Made by a program: the position numbers and the translations under genes
Assembly: GCA_028286605.1 (NCBI GenBank)
Contig: JAQBRE010000002.1
Location: 60,219 to 124,218, forward strand
Source: Parcubacteria group bacterium
GTDB lineage: Bacteria; Patescibacteriota; Minisyncoccia; Phycocordibacterales; Phycocordibacteraceae
Direction of reading: 5' to 3'
DNA: 64,000 bases
The notes under the pieces: model-generated
Told to the model about the DNA's origin: nothing
The model's database searches: none
Seen by the model: only the letters and a program-made list of their open reading frames with translations
Shown: positions 9,712 to 17,686 of the stretch, one piece after another
Position numbering within the stretch: the stretch's first letter is position 1
Layout: each line of letters begins with the position of its first letter

Positions 9712-10461
9712 TTAGTGCGCCGCAGTTCCTGGGGGAACCACGCGATCGGGTGTAACGAAGGCGAACGTGTCCCCTTCTCCCACCGCGAAGAGCATGCCAT
9801 TCGATTCAATGCCTTTTATCTTGCGAGGTTCGAGGTTCGTAACGAAGGCAAGCTGGCGGTTGATAAGATCTTCTGGTTCATTCACGTATGCACTGATGCC
9901 TGAGACGACCTGACGCGGTCCGGCTGCTTCGCCGAAGTCCACGGTGAGTCGCAGGAGCTTGTCTGTTTCCGGAACGCGTTCAGCGGTACGCACCGTGCCT
10001 ATCTTCACTTCGATCTTCAGGAACTCATCAATGCTGATCTTCGGTTTTCCTTGCGGCTGAGGTACTTCGGGTACCTGGCGCGAGAGGAAGCCCGTGAGAA
10101 TGAGTGCAGCGGCGGAAGAGTCCACGTCAGGGCTGCCTTTCATGCGCACGCCTTCGAAATCACGGCGTGCTTCCTGCGTCGTGAACATTTCAGGTTCGAA
10201 GTGCACAGGCATGCCGCCTTCGGCGAGGTGCGCGGCTACGCCGCGCACCTCTTCCATCACTGCATTATCCTCGCCGTTGAAATCCTTCGAGTCCCCCATA
10301 ACGACGGCCTCGACTTTTTCCTTCGCGATTAGCGCTTTTAGAGAATCAAGCAAGCAACTGTCGTTCAGCATGACGCTGTGCGGAAAACCCATCGTGCCGG
10401 CTTCATCCGAAAGCGCGATACCCACCTTCTTCGTTCCATAATCGATACCCATATATTTCAT
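9712..10461 (-). CDS. YqgF/RuvX nuclease fused to a C-terminal tRNA-binding (Trbp111/CsaA/MetG-C) OB domain
   Basis: MGIDYGTKKVGIALSD, EMFTT, DSSAAALIL; then ISIDEFLKIEVKIG, DKLLRLTVDFG, NLEPRKIKGIESNGM. Confidence 0.9.
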   Translation of the reverse strand: MKYMGIDYGTKKVGIALSDEAGTMGFPHSVMLNDSCLLDSLKALIAKEKVEAVVMGDSKDFNGEDNAVMEEVRGVAAHLAEGGMPVHFEPEMFTTQEARRDFEGVRMKGSPDVDSSAAALILTGFLSRQVPEVPQPQGKPKISIDEFLKIEVKIGTVRTAERVPETDKLLRLTVDFGEAAGPRQVVSGISAYVNEPEDLINRQLAFVTNLEPRKIKGIESNGMLFAVGEGDTFAFVTPDRVVPPGTAAH

Positions 10462-10497
10462 AGAATCATCCTACCAGACGTGATACCATGCCGACAT

Positions 10498-10788
10498 ATG
10501 AACACCATAGCTTCCAATCCGATACAGCAGCTCGCTACCCTGGCAGGCGTTTCTCTGCCCGTCATGACCGGCATTCTTGCCGCCGTCGCCATATGGACGA
10601 TCATCTGGAAAGGTCTTGGCATGTGGCGTGCCGCACGTAATCATCAGATGGTCTGGTTCCTCGTATTCCTTATCGTTAATGACATCGGCATCCTCGAGAT
10701 AATCTACCTGCTCTGGTTCAGAAGCGACAAAGACGCTATGGTAACTCGGGTCGCCACTGGTTCAGCCGTGGTGCCTGAAGCGCAGTAG
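10498..10788 (+). CDS. Small membrane protein (DUF5652-like)
   Basis: WKGLGMWRAARNHQMVWF...NDIGILEIIYL. Confidence 0.8.
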   Translation: MNTIASNPIQQLATLAGVSLPVMTGILAAVAIWTIIWKGLGMWRAARNHQMVWFLVFLIVNDIGILEIIYLLWFRSDKDAMVTRVATGSAVVPEAQ

Positions 10789-10800
10789 CAAAAAATAATT

Positions 10801-10887
10801 GGAGGGGTGGCAGAGTGGTCTATTGCACCTGTCTTGAAAACAGGAGTCTCTTTACGGGGACCGCGAGTTCGAATCTCGCCCCCTCCG
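10801..10887 (+). tRNA. tRNA-Ser(TGA)
   Basis: GGAGGGG/CCCCTCC, CCTGT-CTTGAAA-ACAGG, long variable arm. Confidence 0.95.
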
Positions 10888-10944
10888 CATCTGAATGTGT
10901 TAACGTGCGCGCTCGAAGAGTGCGCACGATGCTATCATTACGTC

Positions 10945-11418
10945 ATGAATCGCACGCCTCTTTATGAGTGGTACGGGACGGAATATGTTTTTGAAGAGAA
11001 AGGCGCCGACTGGTACTGGGCACTCGGCATCATCGCGCTCGCAGCCGTCGTTGCCTGCGTGCTTTTCAATAACCTTCTGCTCGGGCTCGTGATACTTGCT
11101 GCAGCAGGCACCCTTGCGCTCATGGCAGCGAAGCATCCGCGCACGCACCACTTCATGATCTTCGACACGGGCGTAGGTATTGATAACAACTTGTACCTGT
11201 ATCAAGACATGGTGGACTTCTCAGTCCTTGAATATTTAGACGAAACGCTGCCTCCTGCCCTTTCCATAAAGACGAGCCGCATCATGGCGCCGCACATCCT
11301 GATTCCTATCGTCGATCATGATCCGGTAGAAATATACGAATACATTTCGCTGCACCTTCCCGAGGGCATGCACGAAAACTCACTGATGGACCATTTCATC
11401 TCGCTTCTGAAGATTTGA
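10945..11418 (+). CDS. Conserved CPR membrane protein (two TM plus PH-like domain)
   Basis: W...EY...EK.ADWYW then 2 TM; start MNRTP at 10945. Confidence 0.75.
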   Translation: MNRTPLYEWYGTEYVFEEKGADWYWALGIIALAAVVACVLFNNLLLGLVILAAAGTLALMAAKHPRTHHFMIFDTGVGIDNNLYLYQDMVDFSVLEYLDETLPPALSIKTSRIMAPHILIPIVDHDPVEIYEYISLHLPEGMHENSLMDHFISLLKI

Positions 11419-11472
11419 TTTGCAAATAGGCCGCGTAAACGATACAGTCAACTTCGTGCGGGGTGCTTAACT

Positions 11473-11547
11473 GCTCCCGTCGTTCAATGGATAGGACGTA
11501 TCCTTGCGGAGGATATGATGTAGGTTCGATTCCTACCGGGAGCACCA
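11473..11547 (+). tRNA. tRNA-Arg(GCG)
   Basis: TATCC-TTGCGGA-GGATA, encoded CCA. Confidence 0.93.
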
Positions 11548-11552
11548 GTAGC

Positions 11553-11583
11553 AAAAAGCCGCCGATTTCATCGGCGGCTTTTT
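11553..11583. terminator. Bidirectional terminator
   Basis: AAAAAGCCGCCGA-TTTCA-TCGGCGGCTTTTT. Confidence 0.8.
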
Positions 11584-11596
11584 GCGTTCGTTCTAA

Positions 11597-12151
11597 TTAC
11601 TTCGCTGCGATCGAGTTAATGAACGTGTCGGTGATAGTCGTATCGCTCGTCGTACTCTTCAAGAGGAAGTTGTAGGTGCCATCGCTTTCCTTGATAGAAA
11701 AGAGCTGATAATACGCGAATTGTGCAGATGGCTTCGTGTATGTTTTCACTTCAACGCTTTGTCCTGCGATGGTGCGCGTTCCGGTCGTGTACGTAAGATC
11801 GTTAGAAAGCCCGATCGCTTCATTCTTACTGACGAAGATTACGAGCGAGCCATTCGAGATCTGCATCTGATGCAGCTGATTGTTCGCGTCAAGGATTTCG
11901 TTCACATTCCACTCGGGACGGAGATGAAATGAAACCTTCCAGTTCTTGTCTGCGAAGATACCGCTCGAAGAGACTGAGCTGTTGGTGAGAACGCCACTTG
12001 GAATAAGGCCGGCGGAAGTGCTGCTGCCAATACTAAGAAGTGGCGATGTCACGGATGCAGGAGTGATGGGCGCATGCAATAGACCTAGCGTTATGGCTAG
12101 CGATGTAAGGGCCGCTGCGAGCTTTGAAAGTATGGTTGAAAGTATCGTCAT
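11597..12151 (-). CDS. Secreted hypothetical protein
   Basis: Hydrophobic N-terminus, Ser/Thr linker, globular C-domain. Confidence 0.7.
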   Translation of the reverse strand: MTILSTILSKLAAALTSLAITLGLLHAPITPASVTSPLLSIGSSTSAGLIPSGVLTNSSVSSSGIFADKNWKVSFHLRPEWNVNEILDANNQLHQMQISNGSLVIFVSKNEAIGLSNDLTYTTGTRTIAGQSVEVKTYTKPSAQFAYYQLFSIKESDGTYNFLLKSTTSDTTITDTFINSIAAK

Positions 12152-12295
12152 GGGGACAGTATACAATAGTGGACGATTTTAGGCCCTTGACCTTACCAGC
12201 CCCGTATACGCACCTCCCTTCTTTTACCGCGGTGCGGCAGGTACATACTTATAGGTACAGCGTGCATCACTAACCGTCGCGCTGTACATATTCTC

Positions 12296-12523
12296 ATGAA
12301 GATACTTCACGTGATTGCATTCTTGTTAGTCATCGTAGGTGCTCTTAACTGGGGTCTCATCGGCCTCGGCGGATTCATGGGCTCAGACTGGAACGTGGTG
12401 CACATGATCCTTGGCAGCGTGCCAGTCGTTGAATGGATCGTCTACGTATTGGTAGGCCTTTCAGGCATCTGGCTTCTTATCACGCACAAGAAGACGTGCA
12501 TGATGTGTGGCAACCGTTCTTAA
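12296..12523 (+). CDS. DUF378 family membrane protein
   Basis: LVIVGALNWGLIG...YVLVGLS. Confidence 0.9.
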   Translation: MKILHVIAFLLVIVGALNWGLIGLGGFMGSDWNVVHMILGSVPVVEWIVYVLVGLSGIWLLITHKKTCMMCGNRS

Positions 12524-12582
12524 GGTATTGGTTCTAAAAGAGAAAAGGCCCGAGCTTCGCTCGGGCCTTTTCTCTTTCCTGC

Positions 12583-12855
12583 TTACGCAGCTACCGCTTT
12601 CGAACGCTTGAGGGCAAGCGCGAGACGGGACTTCTTGCGAGATGCCGTGTTCTTCTTGATGATGCCGCGCTTCGCTGCCTTATCGATAGCCTGATAGGCC
12701 AGTGAAAGCGTCGATGCAGTATCTGCAGCGTTCAACGCAATCTGCTTGCGAGTCTCCTTCGTGGTGGTGGTGAGGACACGCTTGCGACGCACGTTGAATA
12801 CGTGCTTCTTAAGGGATGCGCGATGCGCCTTCTTTGCATTTGCGGTAATTGCCAT
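12583..12855 (-). CDS. rpsT: 30S ribosomal protein S20
   Basis: AIDKAAKRGIIKKNTASRKKSRL. Confidence 0.95.
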   Translation of the reverse strand: MAITANAKKAHRASLKKHVFNVRRKRVLTTTTKETRKQIALNAADTASTLSLAYQAIDKAAKRGIIKKNTASRKKSRLALALKRSKAVAA

Positions 12856-12909
12856 GTGAGGATGATACTACGCTATTACTCCCCCGCGCGCAAATGGTAC
12901 GATACATGC

Positions 12910-13464
12910 ATGATTCGGGAGCTTAGTGGCACCATTATAGGAAGCGAGCCAGGCGGCGTCATCGTTGATGTCGCCGGATTCGGCATATTCGTGCACCTTT
13001 CATCGGCTGCAATGCCTATCGCCGGTGAGAAAGTGAGCCTTAAGACCTATATGGCCTTCCGCCAGGACGGCGTTGAGCTCTATGGCTTCACGAGCGAGGA
13101 AGATAGGCACTTCTTCGAGCAGCTCCTTACGGTTTCGGGAGTCGGACCAAAGACCGCCCTTTCCATATTCTCGCGCGCCTCGCGCGAGTCCCTTGAAACC
13201 GCCATCGCGACCCGCGACATTTCCTACCTAACGCGTGTCGTCGGCATGGGAAAGAAAGCGGCAGAAAAAATGGTCGTGGAGCTTTCGGAGAAAGTCACGG
13301 TCACCGGCGAGAAGCATGACGGCGATGATGCAGAAGTTTTCGACACCCTTGTAGCGCTCGGATACACGGACCGCGAAGCGCGCACTGCCCTTTCCGACAT
13401 CCCGATGCATGTGACCGGCCGTGACGCGCGGCTGAAAGCCGCACTCGCTGGCAAGCAGCGCTAG
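12910..13464 (+). CDS. ruvA: Holliday junction branch migration protein RuvA
   Basis: LYGF, VSGVGPKTAL, GMGKKAAE, LVALGY. Confidence 0.95.
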   Translation: MIRELSGTIIGSEPGGVIVDVAGFGIFVHLSSAAMPIAGEKVSLKTYMAFRQDGVELYGFTSEEDRHFFEQLLTVSGVGPKTALSIFSRASRESLETAIATRDISYLTRVVGMGKKAAEKMVVELSEKVTVTGEKHDGDDAEVFDTLVALGYTDREARTALSDIPMHVTGRDARLKAALAGKQR

Positions 13465-13476
13465 CAAAAGAATCAT

Positions 13477-14766
13477 ATGAGCGCACTCAAACGATTCATC
13501 GAGAACCTGCTTCCCCGTTCGCTTTATCGCGCACTGCTCGCGCCATATCACGCAGCATGGGCATTCGGCAGTGCTGTTCGCTACGGCTTCCCTGCAAAGA
13601 AACTCATCGTCATCGGCGTTACCGGCACGAAAGGAAAATCATCCGTAACGGAAATGATCACGGCGATTCTCGAAGAGGCCGGTCACGTAGTGGCCGTATC
13701 GAGTACGATTCATTTCAAGACCGGTAAGACAACTCGCCCGAACAAATTCAAGATGACACTTCCGGGTCGCGGTTTCATACAGAAACTCCTTGCGGAAAGC
13801 GTGCACGACGGCGCGACCCACGCGGTGATCGAGCTTACGAGCGAGTCTGCACTGCAGTATCGTCATCTATTCCTTTCATTGAACGCGCTCGTCTTCACGA
13901 ACCTGGAGAAAGAACACATCGAATCGCACGGCGGCATGGAGCAGTATTTTCAGGCGAAGTTCCGTCTTGGTCGTTCGCTCGCACGATCGATCAAGCGACC
14001 GCGCGCTATTATCGCGAACGAAGAGAGCGAATATGGGAAGCGATTCTTATCGCTTCCCGTCGAGCGTGCAATCCCCTTCTCGCTTAGCGATGCGCAGAAC
14101 CTGGACCTCGCCGACAGCCAGACTAGTTTCGATTATGACTCGACGCGCATCACTCTTCCCCATCCGGGCGCTTTCAGCGCCCGCAACGCGCTCGCCAGCA
14201 TAAAGACTGCTGCGTTCTTCGGCGTGCCCGTTCCGGTAAGCGCGAAGGCGCTCGCAAAACTCAGTACTATTTCGGGCCGCGCAGAACGTATCGATGCTGG
14301 TCAGGATTTCCTTGCCGTCGTTGATTACGCGCATACGCCAGACTCCCTCATTGCGCTCTACGAGGCGTATCCGGAGCGACGCAAAGTGTGCGTGCTCGGC
14401 AATACGGGCGGGGGCCGTGACACGTGGAAGCGTCCTGAGATGGGTCGTATCGCTGACGAATATTGTGACGAAGTCATTCTTACCAACGAAGATCCGTATG
14501 ACGAAGACCCGCAGGAAATCATGAACGCCATGGCAGCCGGCATGAAACGCGAACCGACGATCATTATGGACAGGCGCGAAGCGATACATGAAGCGCTCAG
14601 CCGCGCGAAGACCAGTGACGTCGTCCTCATCACTGGTAAAGGAACTGACCCGTACATCATGGAAGCGAACGGAAAGAAAACCGTATGGAGCGATGCGCAG
14701 GTCGTCGCTGAAGAACTCGAAAAGCTTGGCACGAAGGCTGCGGGCCCTGCTATCATAGGCACATGA
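13477..14766 (+). CDS. murE: UDP-MurNAc-tripeptide synthetase (MurE-like)
   Basis: IGVTGTKGKSS, VDYAHTPD, GGRD, TNEDPY, TGKG. Confidence 0.9.
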   Translation: MSALKRFIENLLPRSLYRALLAPYHAAWAFGSAVRYGFPAKKLIVIGVTGTKGKSSVTEMITAILEEAGHVVAVSSTIHFKTGKTTRPNKFKMTLPGRGFIQKLLAESVHDGATHAVIELTSESALQYRHLFLSLNALVFTNLEKEHIESHGGMEQYFQAKFRLGRSLARSIKRPRAIIANEESEYGKRFLSLPVERAIPFSLSDAQNLDLADSQTSFDYDSTRITLPHPGAFSARNALASIKTAAFFGVPVPVSAKALAKLSTISGRAERIDAGQDFLAVVDYAHTPDSLIALYEAYPERRKVCVLGNTGGGRDTWKRPEMGRIADEYCDEVILTNEDPYDEDPQEIMNAMAAGMKREPTIIMDRREAIHEALSRAKTSDVVLITGKGTDPYIMEANGKKTVWSDAQVVAEELEKLGTKAAGPAIIGT

Positions 14767-15734
14767 GCGACGGCGCATTCATCCTCGCAGTATTCTTTTT
14801 CTTCTTCGCGGCATGGCTCGCTAGCGGCGGCCCCACGAAGCCGATATCTTTTGCCGGCCCGTATATAACGCCGATTACGTCCGTGGGAACGATACAGACC
14901 GGCTATGGCAGCACCGGCGGAACATCAGGCGGCGGCACGAGCATAAGCGCAGCGCGGTCTACCCTTTCCAATATTCAGAATTCGCTCGGCGGCCTTAACA
15001 AGCAGGTGCAGGACGCGAAACTCTTCGGCACCCCGTCTCCGTACAAAGGCGATGTCACCATCAGTTGGGGCAACAGCCTCGGCGCGTCTGATCCGAAACA
15101 GGAATACATAACGATACGTGCTGCAAGCAATGCTCCGCAGAATCTCAACATCACCGGCTGGAAGCTCGTCGCCGTTTCCAACGATCATGTAGCAACCATT
15201 CCGCAAGGACAGGAAATATATTCACCAAGCTCAACGGCGACGGCGCCGATCATCCTGCATCCGAATGACACCGCCATCATAAATTCCGGCGTGTCGCCGG
15301 TCTACGAGTCCTTCAAAGAAAATGAGTGCATGGGCTACTACACGAAGAACGATCAGTTCAACCCTGGTCTCTCACAGACCTGTCCGAGTCCTATCAATGA
15401 TTTCAACGCGCACTACACCGGTAATGTCTTCAAGGATGGTGGCTGCCAGCAGCTCATACAGAATACGTATTCCTGCAACATACCTGATACGAATAGCGTT
15501 TCTTCCGACTGCAACATCTTTATCGAAAATTATCTTAACTATCCGAGCTGCATCGTGAACCATCAAGCCGATGAGCAGTTCTCCGGAAATGAGTGGCGCA
15601 TCTACTTGAACCGCGATGTTATTAAAGTTCACAATACTGACACACGCTACTACGGCCCGCTCTGGCAACAGTCGCATGATGCGATAAAGCTAGAGGATCA
15701 GAGCGGGCTGACGGTAGACTTGTACGAGTATTAG
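14763..15734 (+). CDS. Exported Cys-containing hypothetical protein
   Basis: N-terminal TM, EYITI...NITGWKL lamin-tail-like segment, ENECMGY. Confidence 0.75.
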   Translation: MSDGAFILAVFFFFFAAWLASGGPTKPISFAGPYITPITSVGTIQTGYGSTGGTSGGGTSISAARSTLSNIQNSLGGLNKQVQDAKLFGTPSPYKGDVTISWGNSLGASDPKQEYITIRAASNAPQNLNITGWKLVAVSNDHVATIPQGQEIYSPSSTATAPIILHPNDTAIINSGVSPVYESFKENECMGYYTKNDQFNPGLSQTCPSPINDFNAHYTGNVFKDGGCQQLIQNTYSCNIPDTNSVSSDCNIFIENYLNYPSCIVNHQADEQFSGNEWRIYLNRDVIKVHNTDTRYYGPLWQQSHDAIKLEDQSGLTVDLYEY

Positions 15735-15801
15735 TAGACCGCGTTCCGTATTACAGGTATAAAGATACACGTGCGCGGCCTACGGCCGCACACTCCACAA
15801 A

Positions 15802-15877
15802 CCGCCCATAGCTCAGTTGGTAGAGCAGCTCCCTTTTAAGGAGACGGTCCTTGGTTCAAATCCAAGTGGGCGGACCA
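15802..15877 (+). tRNA. tRNA-Lys(TTT)
   Basis: CCGCCCA/TGGGCGG, CTCC-CTTTTAA-GGAG, encoded CCA. Confidence 0.95.
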
Positions 15878-15883
15878 CCAGAA

Positions 15884-15906
15884 GTTCGATCCCTCGTCTG
15901 CCAGCA
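15884..15906 (+). repeat. Cassette site A, copy 1
   Basis: GTTCGATCCCTCGTCTGCCAGCA; related copies at 27251 (rc), 31281, 59024 (rc). Confidence 0.85.
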
Positions 15907-15982
15907 TTGTAGTCATCAGTTTACTTTCTTGACAAAAAATTAGTAATCAGTATTTTGAAGTAAGACAACATTGAGGTGAAAC

Positions 15983-16693
15983 ATGCAATTCAGTGACGTG
16001 ATGCGCGTTATCGGCACGCATTTATCTGTTCCAGAAGTAACGCTCAAAAAAGAGGACCGAACCATTATTCTCATTGGAATGATGCACACCGCGCCTGTCA
16101 GCTTCTTTACGACTATCAGAGAGCGTCTACTAACGCTTGAGGAAAATGGTTTTCAGGTTCTATACGAGGCCATCGATCCCTCGTGGCCAGAACCTGTTAC
16201 TGATGAGCAACGAATGCTGCATGAACATGCATATGAACAGATCAAGGCATGGAAGAACCGTCTACTTGGAATCGGATTTGCATATCAATTAGATGAAATC
16301 CCAATTCTTGATTCGTGGTACTCTGCTGATTTTTCTTTAGAGGACTGGACTCGCGAGAATCCTACAAGAGGCCCAACACAAGAATCAGTGGATCGGTTTG
16401 AACGTCAACCCCTTGATGCAAATAACTTCATTAAGGATTTGATAGATACTGCTACTCAACTAGAATCCAAGAAATTTTCTTCATCTCATCTAGAAAAGTT
16501 TGTAACTAGGCGAGATAAGCATGCCAGTAAAATAATCCTCGGTTACGCAGAAAATAAGAACGTGGTTACATTCTGGGGTAGTGCGCATCTTCCCGGAATA
16601 GAATTTCTTCTCGCGGAAGCCGGGTATAAAGCTTTCCACTTAGATTGGATACCGGTATTAGACGTGACGACTTACAAGGCTGAAAGAGAGTAA
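15983..16693 (+). CDS. Cassette 1 cargo, TraB/GumN/Tiki-like protein
   Basis: IILIGMMH, VLYE, RD, FWGSAHLPGI resemble the TraB/Tiki metal-binding motifs; AT-rich; TTGACA-N16-TATTTT upstream. Confidence 0.6.
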   Translation: MQFSDVMRVIGTHLSVPEVTLKKEDRTIILIGMMHTAPVSFFTTIRERLLTLEENGFQVLYEAIDPSWPEPVTDEQRMLHEHAYEQIKAWKNRLLGIGFAYQLDEIPILDSWYSADFSLEDWTRENPTRGPTQESVDRFERQPLDANNFIKDLIDTATQLESKKFSSSHLEKFVTRRDKHASKIILGYAENKNVVTFWGSAHLPGIEFLLAEAGYKAFHLDWIPVLDVTTYKAERE

Positions 16694-16723
16694 TCTCGAG
16701 TAAGCCTTTTATTTTGAATAAAA

Positions 16724-16751
16724 GTTCCAACATCGTCCCAGACTGCCAGCA
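16724..16751 (+). repeat. Cassette site B, copy 1
   Basis: GTTCCAACATCGTCCCAGACTGCCAGCA. Confidence 0.85.
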
Positions 16752-17402
16752 CTACAACGAGAGCGCGAAGCGCTCGAGTGCGCGGTCTAACGGAAGATCA
16801 CCGGAACGAGAATCGGAAAGAAGCTCGATAAGTGAACGTGAAAGTATGCGTGCTTGGTTTCCAGGCCAGCTGCGGCTTCCCTTCTGCATGAGGTCTCGCG
16901 CTTTCCAGTGAAGAAGGCCGTGAATCATTTCTGATGCGTCGCCTTGGCGACGCGCCTTCTCGATTTCCTGCCAGAGCTTCGGTCCATTCTTTTCACCGAG
17001 CGCGTTCACTAAGCCGCTATTGAATCCGCGTGCTGGTTTCTTATCGAGCGCGTTCACTTCGTACACCTTTTCTGCGTGCGCTTCGATCTTCTTCACGCGT
17101 GCGGCAAGGAGTTTTGGCGCGAGTATCACGACGGCATTCGGCGATGTCGCGAGCGCAGCGAGCGACTCGAGCAATGCTTCACCTGCTTCCGTATTAGAAA
17201 ATGGATCATCAACGAGCACGAGCGTCTTCGAAAAGAAAAGACCCTGTGCCATGAGTGCTTCTTGCAGCGCTTCGGTTGAAATAGACTCAGCATCAAGACG
17301 TGTGTAATACGCGTCCGGCGCTTTCGTGCGCGCGGCCGTTACCCATTGAAAAGCTTTTGCGCGCACCTTATTCGTATCCGAGCCATGGAAGAGATAAATC
17401 AC
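16752..17402 (-). CDS. holA: DNA polymerase III delta subunit (short CPR form)
   Basis: MIYLFHGSD, QGLF..KTLV, LERFALSL terminus. Confidence 0.7.
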   Translation of the reverse strand: MIYLFHGSDTNKVRAKAFQWVTAARTKAPDAYYTRLDAESISTEALQEALMAQGLFFSKTLVLVDDPFSNTEAGEALLESLAALATSPNAVVILAPKLLAARVKKIEAHAEKVYEVNALDKKPARGFNSGLVNALGEKNGPKLWQEIEKARRQGDASEMIHGLLHWKARDLMQKGSRSWPGNQARILSRSLIELLSDSRSGDLPLDRALERFALSL

Positions 17403-17476
17403 TTTCCCATTGTATATCGGATAGAACGAAGGCGCTTCGGTTAGGAAGCGCCTTCAAGTTTGAAAAGGCATATAGC

Positions 17477-17623
17477 TTAGTTTCCCCTGAACTTCAGAAC
17501 GAGACCGACGACCCCGATGGCGATGAATATCCATATCGCTACGGAAAAACCGAGAGCGGCGAAAAGGCCCTTGTGATTCTTACCTCCCAGGGAGGATTCT
17601 TGATCTTGCTCGACTACGGTCAT
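17477..17623 (-). CDS. Small single-TM protein (48 aa)
   Basis: Hand translation MTVVEQDQESSLGGKNHKGLFAALGFSVAIWIFIAIGVVGLVLKFRGN; hairpin downstream at about 17428-17456. Confidence 0.55.
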   Translation of the reverse strand: MTVVEQDQESSLGGKNHKGLFAALGFSVAIWIFIAIGVVGLVLKFRGN

Positions 17624-17686
17624 GTGTACTACCCCTGACTAAAACGCTGCACCCATTAGCAATGATACTCCTACCTTGTATCCATC

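Noticed and set aside
16173-16190. TCGATCCCTCGTGGCCAG inside cassette 1 cargo resembles site A
   Set aside because: Partial, needs a gap and lies in coding sequence; likely chance
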